This document shows positions 27,873 through 36,874 of a stretch of 64,000 nucleotides of DNA, piece after piece. The notes under the pieces are model-generated. The model searched no databases. It had not been told where the DNA came from and worked only from the letters and a program-made list of their open reading frames with translations. A program made the position numbers and the translations under genes. Source of the stretch: Spirochaetia bacterium (lineage in GTDB: Bacteria > Spirochaetota > Spirochaetia > SZUA-6 > Bin103); assembly GCA_965203515.1 (NCBI GenBank), contig OZ241907.1, forward strand, positions 1,632,001 through 1,696,000. Reading direction: 5' to 3'. Numbering within the stretch: the stretch's first letter is position 1; every line of letters begins with the position of its first letter.

Positions 27873-28390
27873 GACGGTCAACGGAGGGGCGCTCGACGAT
27901 CAGTACCGCACGGTCTTCTGCGATGCTTCCAGGATCGTCGACGTCGCCAGGAGCGAGGCGCCCGGTCGGTGAACGCGGCCATGACCGCCGCCTATTGGAT
28001 GATCGGCCAGCGCATCGTGGAGTTCGAGCAGTCGGGGGCGGAGCGGGCGGCATACGGCGCCGCGCTCCTCGCCAGGCTCGCGGCGGATCTGACGCAACGG
28101 TTCGGGCGCGGATTTTCACTCCAGAACATCTATCAGATGCGTCAGTTCTATCGTTCATTTCCGTTGCAACAGATTTTCCAGACGGTGTCTGGAGAATCGG
28201 ATTACTCCCCCCACGAACGGATTCTCCAGACGGTGTCTGGAGAATCTGAACCCGCTTCGCCTGAGACGCTCATTGGGACGCTGCGCGCGGTCTTTCCGCT
28301 TCCCTGGTCGGCCTACGTGAAGCTGCTTGCAGTCAAGAACGTGCGCGCCCGCCGGTTCTACGAAAGCGAGGCGCTGCGCGCCGGGGGGCG
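27862..28390 (+). pseudogene. yhcG: YhcG/DUF1016 N-terminal remnant (frameshift ~27960, truncated)
   Basis: YWMIGQRIVEFEQ.G..RA.YG..LL..LAADLT.RFGRGFS..N...MRQFY; LPWSAYVKLL.VK...AR.FYE.E. Confidence 0.85.
28172..28246. repeat. Two 27-bp palindromes GATTYTCCAGAC-GGT-GTCTGGAGAATC, 48 bp apart, in frame in yhcG
   Basis: 12-bp arms, second copy perfect; related third copy at 28998-29022. Confidence 0.85.
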
Positions 28391-28419
28391 GACCGATCGA
28401 TCAGCGCGTCAACCGTTCG

Positions 28420-28845
28420 CGCGCAGCGCCGAGCATGACGCCCGGGCGCGCTGCCCTGGTGGGTCTCATGGATCGTTACTTCAGCAGTCTGCTGGACCCG
28501 TTCCTGACCCTGCTCGAAGTGCACAAGCTGATGTACTTCATGCAGGCCGCGGGCGAGCCGCTCAAGCTCCGCTTCTCCGAGGCGCCGCAGGGGCCCTACG
28601 CCGAACAACCTGCGGCACGTGCTTCACGCCATCGAAGGGCACTTCGTGACCGGCTACGCCGATGGCGGCGACGCGCCCGACAAGCAGTTGGAGCTGGTGC
28701 CGCCGTCGATGACACGCGCCGGTTTCTCGGGCGACCGGCGACGCGATTTTCCGAGCGGCAACTGCGGCTCGCGATCGACGTACTGACTCGCAAAGGCTGG
28801 ATGGCGAATCTCCCCGTCTCCGACTCCGGGGACAGTGCGCGGTAG
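28420..28845 (+). pseudogene. darG: DarG antitoxin C-terminal remnant (frameshifted, internal deletion)
   Basis: MTPGRAAL..LM.RY...LLDPF.TLLEVHKLMYFMQ.AGEPL; GPYAE-[fs]-LRHVLHAIEGHF.TGYADGGDAPDKQLELVP; FS.RQ..LA.DVL..KGW. Confidence 0.75.
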
Positions 28846-28887
28846 GTGCCCGTGACTCCCCGACGACTTCAAGCGGCAGCGCGCGCC

Positions 28888-28980
28888 CTGCCCGACGAAG
28901 AACTCCGGGCGGCGGAAATCGCCCGCGCGCGCGACGCCCTGCGCCGGCGCGGGCTGGCGCCGGCCGGCGAATCCCCATGA
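28888..28980 (+). pseudogene. YhcG extreme C-terminal remnant
   Basis: LPDEELRAAEIARARDALRR...TGA resembles the YhcG tail LPDE..L..EI...R. Confidence 0.55.
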
Positions 28981-29058
28981 TCGACCCGCGACCGGAGATT
29001 TGCCAGACGGCGTCTGGCAAATTCGACCTGCCTCCGTACACGCCGAGTGAGGTCTACG

Positions 29059-29616
29059 ATGCCAGCTGATCCCTCCACCGATGATCCTGGTCGTTCGCGC
29101 CCGTCACACGGGAGCGGACGGCGTCGACAGACCCGAAAGCGGCGTCCACTCAAGGAGTTGTTTTCTCCCGGAGACTGGATCTATGTTCCTCCCGGCATCT
29201 CTTCGACTCGTTGGCTGCCGTCGGGATACGGGCGGGTGATCGCCGTTCGAGACTCGGAGATCGATGTCGACTTCGGCTCTCACACCTCGACGATGAAATC
29301 CGGCGCTGCCATCTCGCGCATCGAGAAAGTAGACGGACCGGAGTCGGGGCATCCAGGAAAGCCGTACGGTGGCCCGGACGGCCCCGACGTGTATATCACG
29401 CTCGACGAGCGCCACGGCATCTACGCCGGGAAGCGCGGTAGATTGGCAGGGGGTATCGCACTGGTCGACGGCCCTCCGGACGGGCACTTCGGACCATACT
29501 ACAAGGTCGAATTTCCGGGCGACCCGAAGCCCATTTGGATCCGAGAAGAATGCGTGTACGGCCTTTGCCGGAACTCTACGTATCATCGAGAGTTGTGGTA
29601 CTACGAAGACCGGTAG
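29059..29616 (+). CDS. Hypothetical protein with two SH3/Tudor/KOW-like modules
   Basis: FSPGDWIYV...GYGRVIAV...IDVDFG and [10 protein letters not shown]...YYKVEF...IWIREE; lower GC than the flanks. Confidence 0.55.
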   Translation: MPADPSTDDPGRSRPSHGSGRRRQTRKRRPLKELFSPGDWIYVPPGISSTRWLPSGYGRVIAVRDSEIDVDFGSHTSTMKSGAAISRIEKVDGPESGHPGKPYGGPDGPDVYITLDERHGIYAGKRGRLAGGIALVDGPPDGHFGPYYKVEFPGDPKPIWIREECVYGLCRNSTYHRELWYYEDR

Positions 29617-29924
29617 CGGCGATCTTCGTATCGTGATTCCCCGAGCGTGCCGGCGGCTGGCCGAGGTCGACTTTCCGATCGCCGAGGTGTCCCGGCACGC
29701 GGCGCGGGAGAAGTCGATCCGCCACGGGCATCCGTCCACGCTCCATCTCTGGTGGGCGCGGCGCCCGCTCGCCTCCTCGCGGGCCGTGCTGCTGGCCCTG
29801 CTGCTGCCCGATCCGCTCGACCCGCACTGCCCCGACCACTTCAAGCGCCAAGCGCCCGCCATCCTGGGCGCGGTGCGGCAGCCGCCGGCGGGGCGACGCC
29901 GAGCTGCGCGCGGCGCTGCTCCGG
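29615..29924 (+). pseudogene. Duplicated, frameshifted 5' end of the DUF1156 methyltransferase gene
   Basis: ~310-bp near-identical direct repeat of 30711-31019; 1-bp insertion near 29892; abrupt end. Confidence 0.92.
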
Positions 29925-29927
29925 GGG

Positions 29928-29955
29928 CGTCAATCCGCGTCAATCCCGTCAATCC
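29928..29955. repeat. CGTCAATCC x3 at the truncation junction
   Basis: Copies at 29928, 29938 and 29947. Confidence 0.8.
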
Positions 29956-29964
29956 AGGGCCTGC

Positions 29965-30006
29965 TTGACTCCATTTCGAGAGTGTAGATACCCTGACATC
30001 AGGAGG
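29965..30006 (+). promoter_or_regulatory. Putative promoter (TTGACT-N18-TACCCT) and AGGAGG RBS for the two-gene cassette
   Basis: Read directly; the -10 match is imperfect. Confidence 0.45.
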
Positions 30007-30013
30007 ACCACTC

Positions 30014-30262
30014 ATGGGCGAGAAGCTTCAGGACGAGGTCAACGCCAACTTCGCAGCGTTTCAGCGTATACTTCCGGAGCTGCACCGGCGAGATCCGAAC
30101 CGCTGGGCGTTGATGAGACACGGCACGTGTGTCGCTTGCTACGATACTCTGCGGGATGCTCATACTGCCGCGCGCACCCAGTATGACGACGGCCTGTTCT
30201 CGGTGCAAAAGATAACCGCAACCGTCGTGGACTTGGGCTGGTTTTCACATGCCGTGCATTAG
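30014..30262 (+). CDS. Small DUF5678-like protein (82 aa)
   Basis: NF.AF...LPEL....RWALMR.G..V..YDT..DA pattern; AGGAGG RBS; overlaps the protease gene. Confidence 0.65.
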   Translation: MGEKLQDEVNANFAAFQRILPELHRRDPNRWALMRHGTCVACYDTLRDAHTAARTQYDDGLFSVQKITATVVDLGWFSHAVH

Positions 30263-30692
30263 CGGTCAGTACGACACGGATGTCGGTATTCTTCTACAAG
30301 TCGGACTGGCCCCCGGTGGACGGATTGAAGATCTTCGGCAACATGCTAATGTCTCGGATGATATGCATACTGAATTCGTCGCTTCAGGTGCTCATGGACT
30401 CGTCGATACCGGAGCTTCAAAGACCAGCATATCGCCGCGTATCGCTGCTGATCTAGCGCTCCAACCTCGTGGAATAGTCGAAATACAGGGCGCCACAGGA
30501 TCAACCAAGGTCAATACGTACTATGTCGATTTCATCCTGAGCTTCGGTCCCCAGTCGCTTGTAGTTGCGGACATGGAGGTCTGCGAAATCGACCCAGGGA
30601 AAGGATCTTTCCAGGTACTCATTGGCCGCGACGTTATATGCCAAGGAGTGCTTACGATGGATTTTTCTGGACGCTTTACGTTCTCGATATAG
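30249..30692 (+). CDS. Retropepsin-like (clan AA) aspartic protease
   Basis: GLVDTGASKTSI catalytic motif, flap-like IQGATG, VLIGRDVI. Confidence 0.85.
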   Translation: MPCISGQYDTDVGILLQVGLAPGGRIEDLRQHANVSDDMHTEFVASGAHGLVDTGASKTSISPRIAADLALQPRGIVEIQGATGSTKVNTYYVDFILSFGPQSLVVADMEVCEIDPGKGSFQVLIGRDVICQGVLTMDFSGRFTFSI

Positions 30693-30728
30693 GCGATCGC
30701 CGGTAATCGCAGCGGCGATCGTCGTATC

Positions 30729-33701
30729 GTGATTCCCCGCGCGTGCCGGCGGCTGGCCGAGGTCGACTTTCCGATCGCCGAGGTGTCCCGGCACGCGGCG
30801 CGGGAGAAGTCGATCCGCCACGGGCATCCGTCCACGCTCCATCTCTGGTGGGCGCGGCGCCCGCTCGCCTCGTCGCGCGCCGTGCTGCTGGCCCTGCTGC
30901 TGCCCGATCCGCTCGACCCGCACTGCCCCGACGCCTTCAAGCGGCAGGCGCGCGCCATCCTGGGCGCGGTGCGGCAGCCGCCGGCGGATGACGCCGAGCT
31001 GCGCGCCGCGCTGCTCCGGTTCATCGGCGAATTCGCCAACTGGGACCTGGCGGCGCACTCGACCTGCCTGCGCGTCGGCCGCGAACTGGTGCGGGCCGCG
31101 CATGGCGAGGAGGCGCCGTTGGTGGTCGATCCGTTCGCCGGCGGCGGCTCGATCCCGTTGGAGGCGTTGCGCCTCGGCTGCGAGGCGTTCGCCAGCGACC
31201 TGAACCCGGTGGCCTGCCTGATCCTCAAGGTGATGCTGGAGGACATCCCGCGCCACGGTCCGGGGCTGGCGGAGAAACTGCGCCGGGCCGGCGGCGAGAT
31301 ACGGGACGCGGCGGCGCGGGAGTTGGCCGACCTGTACCCGGCCGACCCTGACGGGGCGACGCCGATCGCCTACCTGTGGGCGCGCACGGTGCGCTGCGAG
31401 GCGCCGCAGTGCGGGGCGGAGCTGCCGCTGCTGCGCTCGTTCTGGCTGTGCCGCAAGCCGAAGCGCAAGCGGGCGCTGCGCTATCGGGTGGAGCGCCGTC
31501 CGGAGGGGCCGCCGGTGGTGCGGTTCGAGGTGTTCACGCCGGCGGCCGACGGAGAGGTGCCGGGCGGTACGGTGGCGCGGGCGCGGGCGGCGTGCCTGTG
31601 CTGCGGCGCGGTGCTGGCGCCGGAGCGGGTGCGGGAGCAGCTTGCGGCGCAGCGCGGAGGCGCCGATGCGGTGTTCGACGCGGAGGGCCGGCGGACCGGC
31701 GGCGCGCGGCTGACGGCGGTGGTGACGTTGCGGGCGGATGCGCCGGGGCGGCACTACCGGCTGGCGGGCGAGGCGGACTACGCGGCGGTGCGGCGGGCGC
31801 AGGAGCGGCTGGCGGCGCTGCTGGGCGAGTGGGAGCGCGGCGGCAAGCAGGGACTGTGCCCAGTGCCGGACGAACCGCTGCCGCCGATCGGCACGCTGGG
31901 GTTCCGCGTGCAGCGCTACGGCATGCTCCGCTGGGCCGACCTCTTCTCCGCTCGCCAGAAAATGGCGCTGGTCACGCTAGGCGGACTGATTTCCAGGGGG
32001 AAGCAGGATATTCGGTCGGACTCCGTCGCCGATCCACTCCTTGGAATAGCCGTGAACAAGACGGCTGACCTTGGCAACGCCTTGGCGCCATGGAAGCCGG
32101 ATGCCGAGTGTCCCGTGCACTTGTTGGCACGGCAAGCGATCGGCATGGCGTGGGATTTCTGCGAATCGGTGCCTCCCGGTGATTCGAGCGGATCGTTCGC
32201 CAGCGCATACCGGCGAAGCGCGGACGCTCTCGACTCGGTTCGGGCCGACTTGAACGGCGTCGGGCAGACTCAACCGGCCGACGCTACCGACCATCCCCTC
32301 CCCGACGAGTCTGCTTCGGTCTGGTTTACCGATCCTCCCTACTATGACGCCGTTCCCTATGCCGACCTCTCCGACTTCTTCCTCGTCTGGCTCAAGCGCA
32401 CGTTGCCCGGACATCCGCTCCTGCGGGACCCGTTCGACGCAGATAATCCCTTGTCTCCCAAGACGCGCGAGGCGGTGCAGGACGAGACCAAACGGCAGGA
32501 TGGCCGCCCGAAGGACCGCCGGTGGTTCGAGGAGACGATGGCAAGAGCGTTCGCCGAGGGACGCCGCATGCTCGCCGAACACGGCGTCGGCTCCGTCGTC
32601 TTCGCGCACAAGACCACCGAAGGCTGGGAGGCGCTGCTGGCCGGCATGATCCGCGGCGGCTGGACCATCACCGGCTCCTGGCCGATCGCAACCGAACTGG
32701 GCACCCGGCTGCGGGCGCGCGATTCCGCCGCGCTGGCCACCAGCATCCACCTGATCTGCCGGCCGCGGCCGGCCAACGCCCCGGTCGGCGATTGGGCCGA
32801 CGTGCTGCGCGCGCTGCCGGTGCGCGTCGCCGAGTGGATGGCGCGCCTGCAGGGCGAGGGCGTGCGCGGCGCCGACCTGGTGTTCGCCTGCATCGGCCCG
32901 GCGCTCGAACTCTACAGCCGCTACCGCGCGGTCGAGACCGCCACCGGGCGCACGGTCAGCCTGCCGGAGTACCTGGAGAAGGTGTGGGAGGTGGTCGGCC
33001 GCGCCGCGCTCGAAACCGTGCTCGGCGCCGCCGAAGCCCGCGCCCGCAACGGCATGACCGGCGCGCTGGAAGAAGACGCGCGCCTCACGGCGCTGTTCCT
33101 CTGGACGCTGCAGACCACCGACGCCGGTGCCGCCGGCGACCGTACCGACTTGGAAGACGACGAGGAAGAAGCGGACGCCGCCTGGAGCCTCAACCTGCCG
33201 TTCGACGTGGTGCGCCGCTTCGCGCAGCCGATGGGCATCGACCTGGAGCGCTGGACCGGCCGCGTCATCGCCCAGGCCAAGGGCGTGGTGCGGCTGCTGC
33301 CGGTGGCCGAGCGCGCCAAGGACCTGTTGGGCGACGCCGGCGCCGGCGCCGCCGCCGACTGGATCGAGGCCGACCCGGCCGCCGGCCTGCAGCGCTCGCT
33401 GTTCCCGGAGTGGGACCGCGCGCCCCGCACCGGCGCTCGCCGGCGCCGCCGGGCCGGAATCCTGGACGGCGACGTCGAGCTGCGGGCGGTGGCGGCCACC
33501 ACGCTCGACCGCGTGCACGCCGCCATGCTGCTGCAGGCGAACGGCCACGCCAATGCGTTGCGAGCGCTGCTCAAGGCCGAGCACGAGCGCGGCCCCGACT
33601 TCCTGCGCCTGGCCAACGCCCTGTCGGCGCTCTACCCGCGCGGCGCCCGCGAGAAGCGCCTGCTCGACGCCATGCTGTTGGCAGCCCCAAGGTCAAGGTA
33701 G
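30729..33701 (+). CDS. DUF1156 adenine-specific DNA methyltransferase
   Basis: [20 protein letters not shown] (SAM binding), TDPPYYD (catalytic), CxxC-type Zn motifs, FAHKT. Confidence 0.92.
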   Translation: MIPRACRRLAEVDFPIAEVSRHAAREKSIRHGHPSTLHLWWARRPLASSRAVLLALLLPDPLDPHCPDAFKRQARAILGAVRQPPADDAELRAALLRFIGEFANWDLAAHSTCLRVGRELVRAAHGEEAPLVVDPFAGGGSIPLEALRLGCEAFASDLNPVACLILKVMLEDIPRHGPGLAEKLRRAGGEIRDAAARELADLYPADPDGATPIAYLWARTVRCEAPQCGAELPLLRSFWLCRKPKRKRALRYRVERRPEGPPVVRFEVFTPAADGEVPGGTVARARAACLCCGAVLAPERVREQLAAQRGGADAVFDAEGRRTGGARLTAVVTLRADAPGRHYRLAGEADYAAVRRAQERLAALLGEWERGGKQGLCPVPDEPLPPIGTLGFRVQRYGMLRWADLFSARQKMALVTLGGLISRGKQDIRSDSVADPLLGIAVNKTADLGNALAPWKPDAECPVHLLARQAIGMAWDFCESVPPGDSSGSFASAYRRSADALDSVRADLNGVGQTQPADATDHPLPDESASVWFTDPPYYDAVPYADLSDFFLVWLKRTLPGHPLLRDPFDADNPLSPKTREAVQDETKRQDGRPKDRRWFEETMARAFAEGRRMLAEHGVGSVVFAHKTTEGWEALLAGMIRGGWTITGSWPIATELGTRLRARDSAALATSIHLICRPRPANAPVGDWADVLRALPVRVAEWMARLQGEGVRGADLVFACIGPALELYSRYRAVETATGRTVSLPEYLEKVWEVVGRAALETVLGAAEARARNGMTGALEEDARLTALFLWTLQTTDAGAAGDRTDLEDDEEEADAAWSLNLPFDVVRRFAQPMGIDLERWTGRVIAQAKGVVRLLPVAERAKDLLGDAGAGAAADWIEADPAAGLQRSLFPEWDRAPRTGARRRRRAGILDGDVELRAVAATTLDRVHAAMLLQANGHANALRALLKAEHERGPDFLRLANALSALYPRGAREKRLLDAMLLAAPRSR

Positions 33702-33711
33702 GATTCGATCT

Positions 33712-34429
33712 TCAGAATGGGACCTCGACAGAGGCGATTCGTGTTGGCATTTCTGCGATAATATCCGGCATGTTTCGATCGCTCAGAACCTCAGCACCAT
33801 AGTCCATGAGCTTCCGAACCCAAGAAATATCGGTCGACGTGACTGCTGATTCGAGAAAGAACAAAGGTCGGCCAAGACGGATCGCTTCCCACCCCTGATG
33901 TCTGGTCCCGCTGTTCGGACCCGCTTCCACGATTATCGTCGCTACTGACAGGAGCGCCATCGTCCGGTTGCGTATCGTAAAGTTCATCTTCTGAACCGGC
34001 GCTCCCGGCAAGAATTGGGTGACCGCCAGATGATCGCGGATGATCCGCTGTTGCAGCTTGGAGTTTCCGGGTGGCGCTACGCGGTCCAACGGCGTGGCGA
34101 GCACCGCAACCGTACGACCTCCGTAGTCCATCGCCGTTTCGTGCGCGACCGTATCGATCCCCCGAGCCAAACCACTCACTACGACGATATCGCGCCGGGT
34201 CAGTTCCCGGGCAAGTCGGCGAGCCCGACGAATCCCCTCGGGGGATGCCGACCGTGAACCGACCACCGAAACCAGGGTTACCCAACTCGAAGATCGATGC
34301 ATCACCACCGATCCAGAGGCGCTCAGGCGCGTGCTTCCGTTCCATCTCATTGAGCGGACCGATCAAATCTTCGACCTTCACGACCGCGATCTCCGAACCG
34401 TCAGACACCGCACACCTCGTCATCGCCAT
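33712..34429 (-). pseudogene. dprA: DprA/Smf (SLOG) protein with single frameshift near 34278
   Basis: VSVVGSR, VVSGLARGID..AH, RNRTM, IVEAG..SG; N-terminal APERLWIGGD is in another frame. Confidence 0.82.
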
Positions 34430-34430
34430 C

Positions 34431-36398
34431 TCACCTGGTACGCGTCGAGCGCCAGCGCCGGAACGCTGCGGCGAATCGCTCTTCGTCCGGTTGCAGCGCC
34501 ATCGCCTGCCGGTAGGCGTGCGCTACGCCGCTCTCCGGTTCGCGGAGCCAAGCCAGCGCCCCGGCCAGATCGAACCAGCACCCCGCCTTCCGCAACGGAT
34601 CGTCCGTGAGCGGTATCGCTCGGCGCAGCAACTCCGCTGCCTGCCGGTTGAGTCGTTTCCTGGCAGGCTGGTCGCGATGGCGGGCGGCGCGAGCAAGGGC
34701 GATCTTCGTCCGGGCGAACTCGTGCACGACCTTGGGATCGTCGCTCGCGCGTGCGTAGAGTTCCTCGAACAGACGATGAGCCGCACGGTAGTCTCCGGCT
34801 CGCTTGCTCAGAATCGCGGCTTCGAGCAGGTCGTCATGTCCACCTCCGGCCGACACCCGGCCCAACCAAGTGCGCGCTTCGTCTCTCCGCCCCCGGTTCA
34901 GCAAGGCTGTGGCATAGCGCAGATAGGGTTGAGATTCCTCGGTACGATGCTCGGCCGAGTCGAAACGCTCCAAATACGCCTTGGCGAGCCGGAGGTCGTC
35001 CAAGGCCGCCGCGTACTCGATGAGCTGTCCGGCGACCGCACCGGAGCCCGGCTGATCGTCCGCCGCGCGCGCCAGATGGGCGACGGCTTCGCGGCGTTTG
35101 CCGGTGGCCCACAGCATGGCGCTCTCACGAAGCGCGTGGATCACCCGGTAGCGCGGATGAACCGGCAGGATCACCCGGAAGTAGGTACGCGCGCCGTCGA
35201 AATCGAAGCGCGGCTCCGGGGACCCGCTCTCCCGCATGTGCCGGCGTATCTTCGGCACGCCGGTGCCTCTCGACTCGGCGAGTTTGAGCTCCTTCAGGAA
35301 GCCCCCTATCCGCCGGTTCCGCGCCGGCACGGCCGGCACCGCGCCGCCGCCATCGAAATGGAATAGTTCAACGCCGCGTACAGGTCCGGGGTAACTGGTG
35401 ATCTCCATCCGGTCCGGATAGACGTAGACCTTGGTCGGCTCGACCTCCTCATAGGACCGGTGATATACGGCGTTTACGACCGCTTCCCGTATCGCCTCGT
35501 ACGGATAGGTCACCATCCGGTCGACTTCCGCTCTACCCGGCACCTTCTCGATGATCGTACTGCCAAGAGACTCCATATAGCTCAAGGTTTGTCTGACCTG
35601 ATGGTGGAGCGGCCCCCGAATCGTCCGCTCCTCGATGAGGTCGCCGCCGGCGTCATCGGCAAATTGCACGACGTCGATCTGCGCTCCGGGAAACACCTGG
35701 TGCGGATCATCGGTGAAGAACAGAAGGGCGACGTTCCTCGGCGCCTCGTGAGCGTTCAGAGGAGAGGTGAGCTGCATCCGCGAATAGACGCCGCGGCTGA
35801 ACGGAATGGTTCGGCCTATCTCGCTGCCGATATCGGCCAAGAACCGCTTGACCAATCGTTCCGATACGTCGTCCAATACCACGGCCCTGTTGATGCGGTC
35901 ATCGAACGGAATCTTCGCCGCTTGTTCGAACAGTTGAGCACGCGCTCCCTTCGCTTCTACGGTCTCCGAGCCTTCCCGGACATAGTACGCTCGATCGCTG
36001 CCCGCTGCCGTCCTCGGAGCTTCGTAGGGGCGGTTGTCGCCGCCCGGAGCCCAGATCACCAGAACGGGGCGGTCTTCATAGGTGGCCGGAAAAAGAATCG
36101 GGTGATAGAACGGATTGATCCGGTTGCATTGGCCGAGAATCTCTCTCTGCAATCTGTCCGGGTTGGCCTCTCCCAGGCCGCGCGGCGGAAGCACCGGATT
36201 GCCTCTGCCGTCGGTCTCGACCCCCAGAATCACGTATCCGCCATTCAGGTTCAACAGGTCGTTCGCGAAGGCGCAGACCGTGCGGACCACCGACGCCTGC
36301 GTGGCCGGGTTCCAGACCGCCTTGAACTCCCGCCGATTGTCCTCTACGGACCGGGCATGGATCAGGTCGTCGAGACCGACCGGAAGACCGCTTTCCAT
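34431..36398 (-). CDS. AlbA_2 (Schlafen-like) + RecG-C/HATPase_c_4 + TPR protein
   Basis: EFK..CAFAND..GGYVILGV; AIREAVVNAVYHRSY; RNRRI; GTGVPKI; Ala-rich TPR-like C-terminal ~230 aa. Confidence 0.85.
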   Translation of the reverse strand: MESGLPVGLDDLIHARSVEDNRREFKAVWNPATQASVVRTVCAFANDLLNLNGGYVILGVETDGRGNPVLPPRGLGEANPDRLQREILGQCNRINPFYHPILFPATYEDRPVLVIWAPGGDNRPYEAPRTAAGSDRAYYVREGSETVEAKGARAQLFEQAAKIPFDDRINRAVVLDDVSERLVKRFLADIGSEIGRTIPFSRGVYSRMQLTSPLNAHEAPRNVALLFFTDDPHQVFPGAQIDVVQFADDAGGDLIEERTIRGPLHHQVRQTLSYMESLGSTIIEKVPGRAEVDRMVTYPYEAIREAVVNAVYHRSYEEVEPTKVYVYPDRMEITSYPGPVRGVELFHFDGGGAVPAVPARNRRIGGFLKELKLAESRGTGVPKIRRHMRESGSPEPRFDFDGARTYFRVILPVHPRYRVIHALRESAMLWATGKRREAVAHLARAADDQPGSGAVAGQLIEYAAALDDLRLAKAYLERFDSAEHRTEESQPYLRYATALLNRGRRDEARTWLGRVSAGGGHDDLLEAAILSKRAGDYRAAHRLFEELYARASDDPKVVHEFARTKIALARAARHRDQPARKRLNRQAAELLRRAIPLTDDPLRKAGCWFDLAGALAWLREPESGVAHAYRQAMALQPDEERFAAAFRRWRSTRTR

Positions 36399-36495
36399 CG
36401 CTACCGTTTCGTGCCCACTCCTGTCGCGGCGTATCGTGCCGGAAACGATGCTACCATACATCGCGTCCGCGCACTACCCACCGCCACCGACCGCA

Positions 36496-36587
36496 GGCGC
36501 CGCCGGGCGGCATCCTGGACGGGGCTCCGAAGGCGTCTCAGCGCGGCGGTGCGGCTGCGCGCGCCCTTGAAGCTACCCCACGAGTAG
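36496..36587 (+). pseudogene. Decayed copy of the DUF1156 gene 3' region
   Basis: GGCGCCGCCGGGC-GGCATCCTGGACGG vs 33442-33469; LRAPLKLPHE vs LRALLKAEHE. Confidence 0.55.
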
Positions 36588-36615
36588 TTGCGGATGGGTT
36601 GCGGTGTTCGATCGA

Positions 36616-36635
36616 ATGGACTAATGTTGGTCCAT
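36616..36635. promoter_or_regulatory. Inverted repeat ATGGAC-N8-GTCCAT, likely TA operator
   Basis: Palindrome overlapping the start of the Phd antitoxin gene. Confidence 0.55.
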
Positions 36636-36873
36636 CGAAATCCACAATATCCATGATGCCAAGACCAACTTCTCCCGGTTGGTGGAACATGTCCGGCGCG
36701 GGGAAGAGATCATCATCGGCAGGGCGGGCCGCCCGGTAGCCAAGTTGGTGCCCTTCGATCGGACCGGCGCGCCCCGGCGCGGGGGCCAATGGCGCGGGCG
36801 GGTGCGGATCGCCGCCGATTTCGATGCCCTGCCGGCTGATATCGCGGACGCATTCGGGGCCGCCGGCGACTGA
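36634..36873 (+). CDS. Phd/YefM antitoxin (start codon appears as ATC)
   Basis: NIHDAKTNFSRLVE.V..GEEIII.RAGRPVAKLVP; in-frame stop at 36622 and no ATG upstream of the motif. Confidence 0.8.
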   Translation: MEIHNIHDAKTNFSRLVEHVRRGEEIIIGRAGRPVAKLVPFDRTGAPRRGGQWRGRVRIAADFDALPADIADAFGAAGD

Positions 36874-36874
36874 C

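Noticed and set aside
24726..27881. 1051-aa antisense ORF (also 38915-41800, 11350-13404, 61570-63531 and similar)
   Set aside because: Shadow ORFs of high-GC genes on the opposite strand; no recognisable motifs
29615..31019. 310-bp repeat pair as DGR TR/VR
   Set aside because: Differences are not adenine-specific, include an indel, and no RT is present
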